DNA of 11,476 bases from Naegleria gruberi (Eukaryota), in the NCBI GenBank assembly GCA_000004985.1, contig GG739010.1, one strand, 5' to 3'. Positions 1 through 8,758 of the stretch are shown in pieces. The position numbers and the translations under genes were made by a program. Below the pieces are notes generated by a model that did not search any database, was not told where the DNA came from, and saw only the letters and a program-made list of their open reading frames with translations. Every line of letters starts with the position of its first letter. The first letter of the stretch is position 1.

Positions 1-217
1 AGGTATCTTAGCCATTGGACCACACGGGATTCTTGTTTGTTATTGAAAAATACGTAGCTCGTCTCAAAAACGCAAATTAGGAACGTTGCGTACTCAATAA
101 ACAAATGACAACAAGAATAATATTACTTTTCTAAGATAAAAATTGAAAAGATTGATACAAAAAGGTTACAATAGCAAAGGAACAACAAACGTCACTCATC
201 AATAAAGTTAAAAAAAA
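1..217 (+). promoter_or_regulatory. 5' flank / putative promoter and A-rich leader of the WASP-family gene
   Basis: Non-coding AT-rich stretch ending in aaaaaaaaATGa, an A at -3 typical of AT-rich eukaryotes. No ORF of note on either strand. No specific promoter element can be named from sequence alone. Confidence 0.3.
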
Positions 218-1236
218 ATGACAACAAGAATCAACATTCTCCCTGACGAATTACAACTCGCTGCAGGTGTCTTGTCTTTACCAAACATTTTCGAAATCAA
301 GTATTCTGCACCAGTTCGTCTCTACAAAGCCAACAATGGTAATCAATGGTCATATGCCAATTCTTATGGAATTTTGACAGTTACATTGGTTGAAAAGCAA
401 TCAGTAGTAATGATTCGGTTGGTAGATTTGAAGAGTAAATCAGTTACTATGGAACAAGAATGTTATGAAGGTTTCGACTATCAAACACTTTCTTCCAATT
501 TTCATGCATTCGAATCTGATGATGGTTTTGTCGGATTGTTATTTGCTGAAAGATTTGATGCTGATCAATTTGCCAAGCAAGTTTGTCAACTCATTCGTTT
601 GAAAGCAACTGGTTCTATCAATGGTTCAACTCCAAGTTTGCCTTCAACTAAACCTTCTGTTAATATGAGAAGTGACAGTTCTGATTCTTCTTCTTCTTCA
701 CCAACTGGTACTGGTTCCAGTACTGCCCCACCTACTCCAGTGAAGAAGACTAATCCTCCTCCATCCACTCCTCCACCAGTTGCTAACAAGCCAACTGCTG
801 TCAATACTTCAATTGCTGCCAGTAGCTCAGTACATACTACCAGCACTACCTCTTCCCATAAGGAACCTGAAAAGAAACACATTCCTAGCAATAGCAGTAG
901 TGGAGGTAGTAGCAGTAGTGGAGGTGGTTTATTCTCCAAGATTTTCGGAACAAAGAATAAGGACCAAATTCCTGACCGGTCACAAATCAAAATTTCTGGA
1001 CCAAAGGTTGACAAGTTTAAACACGTTTCACACATTGGTTTTGATCCAAAGCTTGGCTTTACTGAAATCCCTCCACAGCTAAAAACCATTTTCGAGAAGG
1101 CAGGTATTTCTGAAGCTGAATTGAAAGATAAGAAAACTGCCAAATTTTTAATGAAGACACTTGTCACTGTCACATCAGATGCTCCCCCACCTCCTTCTTT
1201 GGATGTTCCAAGTGGAAGACCACAACCTCCACCAAN
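218..1236 (+). CDS. WASP-family actin nucleation-promoting factor, N-terminal part (WH1/EVH1 domain, basic region, CRIB/GBD, start of polyproline). 3' end lost in assembly gap
   Basis: Translation starts MTTRINILPDE. Residues about 20-125 (NIFEIKYSAPVRLYKANNGNQWSY...FHAFESDDGFVGLLFAERFDADQFAKQV) align by eye with the human WASP WH1 domain (LYLALPPGAEHW...[28 protein letters not shown]). A S/T/P-rich low-complexity linker follows, then a basic stretch (KNKDQIPDRSQIK). A CRIB core ISGPKVDKFKHVSHIGFDPKLGF matches the CRIB consensus I-S-x-P-x-x-F-x-H-x-x-H-V-G and human WASP [21 protein letters not shown]. The following AGISEAELKDKKTAKFL matches WASP AGISEAQLTDAETSKLI. Then DAPPPPSLDVPSGRPQPPP runs into the N gap. 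It is a single long exon. Its frame simply continues into the Ns, so the ORF-track 1712-aa product is an artefact. Confidence 0.88.
893..925 (+). repeat. Short tandem coding repeat (agcagtagtggaggt x2, encoding SSSGG-SSSGG) in the S/T/P-rich linker
   Basis: The direct repeat agcagtagtggaggt occurs at 893-907 and 911-925, separated by agt. It lies in a low-complexity Ser/Gly stretch of the WASP-family CDS. Confidence 0.5.
983..1060 (+). other. CRIB / GTPase-binding motif within the WASP-family CDS
   Basis: Encodes QIKISGPKVDKFKHVSHIGFDPKLGF. The I-S-x-P, F-x-H-x-x-H-V/I-G and D-P positions of the Cdc42/Rac-interactive binding motif are present. Confidence 0.8.
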
Positions 1237-4200
1237 NNNNNNNNNNNNNNNNNNNNNNNNNNNNNNNNNNNNNNNNNNNNNNNNNNNNNNNNNNNNNNNN
1301 NNNNNNNNNNNNNNNNNNNNNNNNNNNNNNNNNNNNNNNNNNNNNNNNNNNNNNNNNNNNNNNNNNNNNNNNNNNNNNNNNNNNNNNNNNNNNNNNNNNN
1401 NNNNNNNNNNNNNNNNNNNNNNNNNNNNNNNNNNNNNNNNNNNNNNNNNNNNNNNNNNNNNNNNNNNNNNNNNNNNNNNNNNNNNNNNNNNNNNNNNNNN
1501 NNNNNNNNNNNNNNNNNNNNNNNNNNNNNNNNNNNNNNNNNNNNNNNNNNNNNNNNNNNNNNNNNNNNNNNNNNNNNNNNNNNNNNNNNNNNNNNNNNNN
1601 NNNNNNNNNNNNNNNNNNNNNNNNNNNNNNNNNNNNNNNNNNNNNNNNNNNNNNNNNNNNNNNNNNNNNNNNNNNNNNNNNNNNNNNNNNNNNNNNNNNN
1701 NNNNNNNNNNNNNNNNNNNNNNNNNNNNNNNNNNNNNNNNNNNNNNNNNNNNNNNNNNNNNNNNNNNNNNNNNNNNNNNNNNNNNNNNNNNNNNNNNNNN
1801 NNNNNNNNNNNNNNNNNNNNNNNNNNNNNNNNNNNNNNNNNNNNNNNNNNNNNNNNNNNNNNNNNNNNNNNNNNNNNNNNNNNNNNNNNNNNNNNNNNNN
1901 NNNNNNNNNNNNNNNNNNNNNNNNNNNNNNNNNNNNNNNNNNNNNNNNNNNNNNNNNNNNNNNNNNNNNNNNNNNNNNNNNNNNNNNNNNNNNNNNNNNN
2001 NNNNNNNNNNNNNNNNNNNNNNNNNNNNNNNNNNNNNNNNNNNNNNNNNNNNNNNNNNNNNNNNNNNNNNNNNNNNNNNNNNNNNNNNNNNNNNNNNNNN
2101 NNNNNNNNNNNNNNNNNNNNNNNNNNNNNNNNNNNNNNNNNNNNNNNNNNNNNNNNNNNNNNNNNNNNNNNNNNNNNNNNNNNNNNNNNNNNNNNNNNNN
2201 NNNNNNNNNNNNNNNNNNNNNNNNNNNNNNNNNNNNNNNNNNNNNNNNNNNNNNNNNNNNNNNNNNNNNNNNNNNNNNNNNNNNNNNNNNNNNNNNNNNN
2301 NNNNNNNNNNNNNNNNNNNNNNNNNNNNNNNNNNNNNNNNNNNNNNNNNNNNNNNNNNNNNNNNNNNNNNNNNNNNNNNNNNNNNNNNNNNNNNNNNNNN
2401 NNNNNNNNNNNNNNNNNNNNNNNNNNNNNNNNNNNNNNNNNNNNNNNNNNNNNNNNNNNNNNNNNNNNNNNNNNNNNNNNNNNNNNNNNNNNNNNNNNNN
2501 NNNNNNNNNNNNNNNNNNNNNNNNNNNNNNNNNNNNNNNNNNNNNNNNNNNNNNNNNNNNNNNNNNNNNNNNNNNNNNNNNNNNNNNNNNNNNNNNNNNN
2601 NNNNNNNNNNNNNNNNNNNNNNNNNNNNNNNNNNNNNNNNNNNNNNNNNNNNNNNNNNNNNNNNNNNNNNNNNNNNNNNNNNNNNNNNNNNNNNNNNNNN
2701 NNNNNNNNNNNNNNNNNNNNNNNNNNNNNNNNNNNNNNNNNNNNNNNNNNNNNNNNNNNNNNNNNNNNNNNNNNNNNNNNNNNNNNNNNNNNNNNNNNNN
2801 NNNNNNNNNNNNNNNNNNNNNNNNNNNNNNNNNNNNNNNNNNNNNNNNNNNNNNNNNNNNNNNNNNNNNNNNNNNNNNNNNNNNNNNNNNNNNNNNNNNN
2901 NNNNNNNNNNNNNNNNNNNNNNNNNNNNNNNNNNNNNNNNNNNNNNNNNNNNNNNNNNNNNNNNNNNNNNNNNNNNNNNNNNNNNNNNNNNNNNNNNNNN
3001 NNNNNNNNNNNNNNNNNNNNNNNNNNNNNNNNNNNNNNNNNNNNNNNNNNNNNNNNNNNNNNNNNNNNNNNNNNNNNNNNNNNNNNNNNNNNNNNNNNNN
3101 NNNNNNNNNNNNNNNNNNNNNNNNNNNNNNNNNNNNNNNNNNNNNNNNNNNNNNNNNNNNNNNNNNNNNNNNNNNNNNNNNNNNNNNNNNNNNNNNNNNN
3201 NNNNNNNNNNNNNNNNNNNNNNNNNNNNNNNNNNNNNNNNNNNNNNNNNNNNNNNNNNNNNNNNNNNNNNNNNNNNNNNNNNNNNNNNNNNNNNNNNNNN
3301 NNNNNNNNNNNNNNNNNNNNNNNNNNNNNNNNNNNNNNNNNNNNNNNNNNNNNNNNNNNNNNNNNNNNNNNNNNNNNNNNNNNNNNNNNNNNNNNNNNNN
3401 NNNNNNNNNNNNNNNNNNNNNNNNNNNNNNNNNNNNNNNNNNNNNNNNNNNNNNNNNNNNNNNNNNNNNNNNNNNNNNNNNNNNNNNNNNNNNNNNNNNN
3501 NNNNNNNNNNNNNNNNNNNNNNNNNNNNNNNNNNNNNNNNNNNNNNNNNNNNNNNNNNNNNNNNNNNNNNNNNNNNNNNNNNNNNNNNNNNNNNNNNNNN
3601 NNNNNNNNNNNNNNNNNNNNNNNNNNNNNNNNNNNNNNNNNNNNNNNNNNNNNNNNNNNNNNNNNNNNNNNNNNNNNNNNNNNNNNNNNNNNNNNNNNNN
3701 NNNNNNNNNNNNNNNNNNNNNNNNNNNNNNNNNNNNNNNNNNNNNNNNNNNNNNNNNNNNNNNNNNNNNNNNNNNNNNNNNNNNNNNNNNNNNNNNNNNN
3801 NNNNNNNNNNNNNNNNNNNNNNNNNNNNNNNNNNNNNNNNNNNNNNNNNNNNNNNNNNNNNNNNNNNNNNNNNNNNNNNNNNNNNNNNNNNNNNNNNNNN
3901 NNNNNNNNNNNNNNNNNNNNNNNNNNNNNNNNNNNNNNNNNNNNNNNNNNNNNNNNNNNNNNNNNNNNNNNNNNNNNNNNNNNNNNNNNNNNNNNNNNNN
4001 NNNNNNNNNNNNNNNNNNNNNNNNNNNNNNNNNNNNNNNNNNNNNNNNNNNNNNNNNNNNNNNNNNNNNNNNNNNNNNNNNNNNNNNNNNNNNNNNNNNN
4101 NNNNNNNNNNNNNNNNNNNNNNNNNNNNNNNNNNNNNNNNNNNNNNNNNNNNNNNNNNNNNNNNNNNNNNNNNNNNNNNNNNNNNNNNNNNNNNNNNNNN

Positions 4201-5319
4201 NNNNNNNNNNNNNNNNNNNNNNNNNNNNNNNNNNNNNNNNNNNNNNNNNNNNNNNNNNNNNNNNNNNNNNNNNNNNNNNNNNNNNNNNNNNNNNNNNNNN
4301 NNNNNNNNNNNNNNNNNNNNNNNNNNNNNNNNNNNNNNNNNNNNNNNNNNNNNNNNNNNNNNNNNNNNNNNNNNNNNNNNNNNNNNNNNNNNNNNNNNNN
4401 NNNNNNNNNNNNNNNNNNNNNNNNNNNNNNNNNNNNNNNNNNNNNNNNNNNNNNNNNNNNNNNNNNNNNNNNNNNNNNNNNNNNNNNNNNNNNNNNNNNN
4501 NNNNNNNNNNNNNNNNNNNNNNNNNNNNNNNNNNNNNNNNNNNNNNNNNNNNNNNNNNNNNNNNNNNNNNNNNNNNNNNNNNNNNNNNNNNNNNNNNNNN
4601 NNNNNNNNNNNNNNNNNNNNNNNNNNNNNNNNNNNNNNNNNNNNNNNNNNNNNNNNNNNNNNNNNNNNNNNNNNNNNNNNNNNNNNNNNNNNNNNNNNNN
4701 NNNNNNNNNNNNNNNNNNNNNNNNNNNNNNNNNNNNNNNNNNNNNNNNNNNNNNNNNNNNNNNNNNNNNNNNNNNNNNNNNNNNNNNNNNNNNNNNNNNN
4801 NNNNNNNNNNNNNNNNNNNNNNNNNNNNNNNNNNNNNNNNNNNNNNNNNNNNNNNNNNNNNNNNNNNNNNNNNNNNNNNNNNNNNNNNNNNNNNNNNNNN
4901 NNNNNNNNNNNNNNNNNNNNNNNNNNNNNNNNNNNNNNNNNNNNNNNNNNNNNNNNNNNNNNNNNNNNNNNNNNNNNNNNNNNNNNNNNNNNNNNNNNNN
5001 NNNNNNNNNNNNNNNNNNNNNNNNNNNNNNNNNNNNNNNNNNNNNNNNNNNNNNNNNNNNNNNNNNNNNNNNNNNNNNNNNNNNNNNNNNNNNNNNNNNN
5101 NNNNNNNNNNNNNNNNNNNNNNNNNNNNNNNNNNNNNNNNNNNNNNNNNNNNNNNNNNNNNNNNNNNNNNNNNNNNNNNNNNNNNNNNNNNNNNNNNNNN
5201 NNNNNNNNNNNNNNNNNNNNNNNNNNNNNNNNNNNNNNNNNNNNNNNNNNNNNNNNNNNNNNNNNNNNNNNNNNNNNNNNNNNNNNNNNNNNNNNNNNNN
5301 NNNNNNNNNNNNNNNNNNN
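1237..5319. other. Assembly gap (4083 N)
   Basis: Uninterrupted run of n. It must hide the WASP C-terminus (rest of the polyproline region, WH2/V, central and acidic regions) and the copine N-terminus (tandem C2 domains), plus the intergenic spacer between them. Confidence 0.99.
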
Positions 5320-6183
5320 GTTGCCAGGAAGGAAAACCGCCAAGATCAATTTTTAGACCACATTATGGGAGGATGTAACATTTCAGTATCAGTTGGCATT
5401 GATTTTACTGCATCAAACGGTGGTTTCACCAGTAGTAGCTCCCTCCATTATTTAAGTTCCAAGAAGAATCACTATCAACAAGCCCTTGCACAAGTTTTGC
5501 AAATTTTGGAACCTTATGATTCTGACAAGATATATGGTGGTAAGTATTTGACTTTTAACACTTTCACTAATTATTCGAAAGCATATGGATATGGTGCAAG
5601 GATAGATAAGGAATTAAAAATGAATCCAATGTTTAATCTGTCACTCTCAGATAAGGAGGAACTTTGTGTAGGAGAAATACTTGAAGCATATGAGAAGGCA
5701 GTTCCAAGACTATCATTTGGAGATATGGGAAGTGCCACTAATCCAAAAACTGGAAAGCCTTATCGAGGAGATGACTTTTATAGAGTTATTGAACATGTCG
5801 TTGAGAGAACTCCTCCTGTTACTCAACAACAACAATTCTACAATATTCTATTGTTAATTATTGATGGTGATGCATTTGACATGCAAGGCACAATCGATTC
5901 AATTATAGAGGCCAATGACAAACCTATCTCAATTGTAATTGTTGGTATTGGTGGTAGAAGTTTCCCAAGTTGTAGAAAATTCGATGCTGATGATGAACCA
6001 CTCATTCACAGTAATGGAACTAAAATGACAAGAGACATTGTTCAATTTGTGAGCTTTTCTGAATGTTCTGATTTAACACAATTAGCTTCTGAAGTGCTAG
6101 CTGAAATACCCAAACAAATGGTTACGTATTTTGAATCAAAAGAAATTATTCCTAATCCACGACCTCAAAGTGCTTTCTACTAA
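5320..6183 (+). CDS. Copine, C-terminal vWA-like 'A domain' (5'-partial, emerges from the gap). Contains a 42-nt in-frame intron at 5540-5581
   Basis: Frame 1 is open from the gap edge: ...RKENRQDQFLDHIMGGCNISVSVGIDFTASNGGF...SLHYLS... Compare the copine consensus FLDY(I/V)MGGCQINFTVG(I/V)DFT(A/G)SNG and SLHYI. Downstream LLLIIDGDAFDMQGT, ISIVIVGIGG, DIVQFVSF and the C-terminal LASEVLAEIPKQMVTYF track the copine family (human: FVLLIITDGVITD, MSIIIVGVGG, DIVQFVPF, LAQCVLAEIPQQVVGYF). TAA stop at 6181-6183. The ORF track starts it at M5365 only because it demands a start codon. Confidence 0.9.
   Translation, partial: VARKENRQDQFLDHIMGGCNISVSVGIDFTASNGGFTSSSSLHYLSSKKNHYQQALAQVLQILEPYDSDKIYGGKYLTFNTFTNYSKAYGYGARIDKELKMNPMFNLSLSDKEELCVGEILEAYEKAVPRLSFGDMGSATNPKTGKPYRGDDFYRVIEHVVERTPPVTQQQQFYNILLLIIDGDAFDMQGTIDSIIEANDKPISIVIVGIGGRSFPSCRKFDADDEPLIHSNGTKMTRDIVQFVSFSECSDLTQLASEVLAEIPKQMVTYFESKEIIPNPRPQSAFY
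5540..5581 (+). other. Spliceosomal intron (42 nt, phase 1, in-frame read-through) inside the copine CDS
   Basis: GTAAGT donor at 5540-5545, a CACTAAT branch-like motif 13 nt upstream of the acceptor, and AAAG acceptor at 5578-5581. Removing it converts the read-through DKIYGGKYLTFNTFTNYSKAYGYGARI into DKIYGAYGYGARI. That restores the invariant copine motif D-K-[MI]-[FY]-[PG]-A-[FY]-G-[FY]-G-A-[QR]-I (human DKMFPAFGFGAQI). Length 42 is a multiple of 3 with no in-frame stop, so six-frame translation hides it. Confidence 0.8.
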
Positions 6184-6284
6184 TGTTTACCAGGATTAAT
6201 TGGCTAAATGTGTGCCACCTGAATTGATAAAGTAGTTGTTAGGAAAAAAATTTCACTTCCATTTTTTCCAAACCATGAATCCTT

Positions 6285-6290
6285 AATAAA
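6285..6290 (+). promoter_or_regulatory. Candidate poly(A) signal (AATAAA) for the copine transcript
   Basis: AATAAA lies about 100 nt downstream of the copine TAA and is followed by an A-run. Positional evidence only. Confidence 0.25.
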
Positions 6291-6478
6291 AAAAATGACT
6301 CCACCCTTAGATGCAAACAACATGGAAAAAATGATAACAGCAGAACATACCGTAGTGGCAAAGTACTTTAAATTGGTTTGCAATAACCTTGAGCCCCCGT
6401 TAAACGATTTTAAACAAGTTAGAAATAATAGTGGACAATTACTTTCGAATAGAACCTAATGTATGCTGTTTTTGGCCA

Positions 6479-6817
6479 ATGCTCATGGTAGTAATTTGGA
6501 AAAATTCATTCATATACCAAGGTAAAACAAAACAACATCAGGATAATGGTATCCTCTCTTACGAAATTGCTTCAAAAAATTCACTATTCGAACTCACCAA
6601 ACATATATTCAATAATGTTTGCAATCAACAAGCCAAACCAACACACCAAGAATACTTTGCTACAACCATTATCTTACGCCAAGTCTTCCAACACAAACAA
6701 AACCCCAAAATATCTCTTCATATTGGTAATCTTAATCTAGGCCATCACAAATTTTATTTATTTGGGAAATTAATGGTAATAGATGGAACAAAAGAAGAAA
6801 TTGGCCAACTTTTCTAA
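6479..6817 (+). CDS. Hypothetical small ORF (113 aa from first ATG) in the copine / coiled-coil convergent spacer. Possibly non-coding
   Basis: This is the only long ORF in the 1.1-kb spacer, and no long ORF exists on the minus strand there. The track start at 6431 is a GTG. The first ATG is 6479 (MLMVVIWKNSFIYQGK...). It is Q/N/K/H-rich with no recognisable domain, and its composition is hard to tell from AT-rich non-coding DNA. Confidence 0.2.
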   Translation: MLMVVIWKNSFIYQGKTKQHQDNGILSYEIASKNSLFELTKHIFNNVCNQQAKPTHQEYFATTIILRQVFQHKQNPKISLHIGNLNLGHHKFYLFGKLMVIDGTKEEIGQLF

Positions 6818-7291
6818 AAGTTAAATCCCTCTGATTCTATTTTACTGAATAATGCAAACACACCTGTAATGCAAAAACTTCTCCATAATGAGATGAGTGC
6901 TTTGAATTATTAGAGAAAGTTAAAGACCAATATTGTGTCAATGCTACATACTCACGATTCATTTCTGACAAACTTTTTTTAGTGGATGGTGTGAATATTG
7001 ACAAAGAACTGATCAATCATTTCGATATGTTGTGCAAACAAGAAGAAGATTAATAATAATAAAGGAATAAATCATCACCCAGTTCTCCTCTCCTTACTGC
7101 CTCTCAACAACACCATCCAATGAGGAATTCCATTCTTGAAGATTCCGAAATTAAGAAGGTAATAAATTAGAATTCTACCAAAGAGCCAATTTCTTTGAAA
7201 ATGGTGCATCTTCAGTAGCACTTCCCCAATATTAACATAGAAAATAGATGTGACACAATTCTTAAAGTGCTAATTTTATAGATCCATGTTT

Positions 7292-8257
7292 TTATATTGA
7301 AGTTGCATTGATCGTTTGATTAAGGTTTGGTGATTGTTTTGTTTCATTAGAAATTAGATTGGAAATTTTGAGATTCAGTGGAAAGTCCTCTATTTTCAAA
7401 ATTTCCTTGTGTAAAAAGTTGGAGTAATCTTGTGTTTTGAGCAGTTGCTGTCTGAGAATGTCGTTGGATTTTCTTAGACTCTCTGTTTGTGTAACCTCAA
7501 TTGATAGTCTATATTTGAGTCTATCAATTTCTGTTTTTAAAGAATTGGTTATATCTTTTTCATTGGAAAGTCCTTTTTTAAGAAGTTGTATTTCATCCAA
7601 TCTTCCGTGTAAGGAGGTGGTAAGGTCATGAATCTTCTTATTGCTTTCATCCTTAGATTTGGTGTATAATTTTTTACATTGAGCAAGTGAAACTTCAGAA
7701 TCCTTCCCAAGTTTTTTGTAATTTACAAGCTTTCTTTCTAAGGAGTTTGCATACTGTTCTAGTTCTCTAAATTTGATTTCTGATTGTCTTTCGAATATCG
7801 TGTCTCTGGTGAGGAATGAAATACTTTCAGAAAGGTTGTGCATGGACTTTAAAAACTCGAAAGGGACTTGATTTCTATGGTAAGGAGTGTCTTCACTAAG
7901 GACGGAATTGAGAAGGTTTAATTTAGTTGAGAGTTCAGAGGTTAGATCGTTAATTTCATCGTACAAGTGCATTCTCAGACTTTCATCCTTATAAACCTCT
8001 CTATCAATGAGTCTATTTGTTGGTTCCATTGTTTCAAAGAATGTGTCTTCCAATTTATCTCCTTCTGTTTCAATAAAATCTGTTTCATTTTCTTCCTTAG
8101 ATGTTATTTCCTTCACTTTCTCTTGAATTTCAAAATCTGATGAGAGAGGTGAGTCTATTGAAGTAAATTCATCTGCATCAATGATTGGTGCTTTGTTTAC
8201 AACTTCTGAAACAAAAGGTCCAATCTCGAATCTAAATACTTCATCTGTCCGAATGAA
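7292..8257 (-). CDS. Coiled-coil protein of unknown function (5' end unresolved; N-terminus probably in the adjacent gap or an upstream exon)
   Basis: The minus-strand frame is open for 322 codons, from an in-frame TGA at 8258-8260 (flush with the N run) to a TAA at 7292-7294. The ORF-track start at 8116 is a GTG. The first in-frame ATG is at 8029-8027 (METMEPTN...). Upstream of it the frame still reads protein-like and acidic (FIRTDEVFRFEIGPFVSEVVNKAPIIDADEFTSIDSPLSSDFEIQEKVKEITSKEENETDFIETEGDKLEDTFFET). The body is heptad-rich (LERKLVNYKKL, EIQLLKKGL, EIDRLKYRL, LRQQLLKTQ) and the tail is S/N-rich. Confidence 0.6.
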   Translation of the reverse strand, partial: FIRTDEVFRFEIGPFVSEVVNKAPIIDADEFTSIDSPLSSDFEIQEKVKEITSKEENETDFIETEGDKLEDTFFETMEPTNRLIDREVYKDESLRMHLYDEINDLTSELSTKLNLLNSVLSEDTPYHRNQVPFEFLKSMHNLSESISFLTRDTIFERQSEIKFRELEQYANSLERKLVNYKKLGKDSEVSLAQCKKLYTKSKDESNKKIHDLTTSLHGRLDEIQLLKKGLSNEKDITNSLKTEIDRLKYRLSIEVTQTESLRKSNDILRQQLLKTQDYSNFLHKEILKIEDFPLNLKISNLISNETKQSPNLNQTINATSI

Positions 8258-8270
8258 TCANNNNNNNNNN

Positions 8271-8640
8271 NNNNNNNNNNNNNNNNNNNNNNNNNNNNNN
8301 NNNNNNNNNNNNNNNNNNNNNNNNNNNNNNNNNNNNNNNNNNNNNNNNNNNNNNNNNNNNNNNNNNNNNNNNNNNNNNNNNNNNNNNNNNNNNNNNNNNN
8401 NNNNNNNNNNNNNNNNNNNNNNNNNNNNNNNNNNNNNNNNNNNNNNNNNNNNNNNNNNNNNNNNNNNNNNNNNNNNNNNNNNNNNNNNNNNNNNNNNNNN
8501 NNNNNNNNNNNNNNNNNNNNNNNNNNNNNNNNNNNNNNNNNNNNNNNNNNNNNNNNNNNNNNNNNNNNNNNNNNNNNNNNNNNNNNNNNNNNNNNNNNNN
8601 NNNNNNNNNNNNNNNNNNNNNNNNNNNNNNNNNNNNNNNN
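8271..8640. other. Assembly gap (370 N)
   Basis: Run of n. The ORF-track 8181..8660 ORF is translated Ns. Confidence 0.99.
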
Positions 8641-8758
8641 GTGTTGATATAGAAGAATGATTTGTGAATTATTGTTCTCCCAATGATTTTAAGTATCTAA
8701 CCTCATGGTTTGAATATAATCTTAATTCGAATTTAAAATTACAATAACCCTTAAAAAA

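Noticed and set aside
339-380. GTAATC...TTTGACAG segment of exactly 42 nt inside the WH1-coding region, superficially like the 42-nt copine intron
   Set aside because: Read through, the peptide NQWSYANSYGILTVTLV aligns without a gap to the human WASP WH1 segment EHWTKEHCGAVCFVKD, with the conserved Trp in place. Removing it would delete a conserved part of the domain.
780-1082. Alternative-frame ORF (100 aa) inside the WASP CDS. The same applies to 6546-6740, 7437-7631 (antisense of the coiled-coil gene), 8943-9128 (-), 9798-10034 (+) and 9812-10231 (-)
   Set aside because: They overlap much better-supported CDSs in other frames or on the other strand, encode low-complexity hydrophobic junk, and several span N runs.
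218-5378. Giant ORFs 218-5356 (+), 586-5349 (-) and 1161-5378 (+) in the ORF track
   Set aside because: They are almost entirely poly-X from the 4083-N run. Only the flanks are real sequence, and those belong to two different genes in different frames.
5700-5800. Extra about 14 residues (DMGSATNPKTGKPYRGDD) in the copine relative to human copines, checked as a second hidden intron
   Set aside because: The only GT...AG candidate (GTGCCACTAAT...GGAAAG, 26 nt) has a weak donor, and its length would break the frame. It is more likely a genuine lineage-specific loop insertion.
5354-6183. Possibility of a ciliate-type genetic code (TAA/TAG = Gln) given the very short introns
   Set aside because: The copine ends at TAA exactly where the family's C-terminus ends. 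WASP and the other genes are bounded sensibly by TAA/TAG, so the standard code fits.
6431-6600. TTCGAA-containing motifs (6446-6456, 6585-6593), checked as possible tRNA T-loops
   Set aside because: No GGTTCGAATCC-type T-arm with matching acceptor-stem complementarity around them.
8226-8265. Out-of-frame ATG at 8243-8241 followed by GTATTT...TTTCAG (34 nt), as a possible first exon and intron for the coiled-coil gene
   Set aside because: Splicing it yields an immediate stop. It does not join the main frame.
8181-8660. ORF 8181-8660 (+)
   Set aside because: It consists of 370 Ns plus a few flanking codons.
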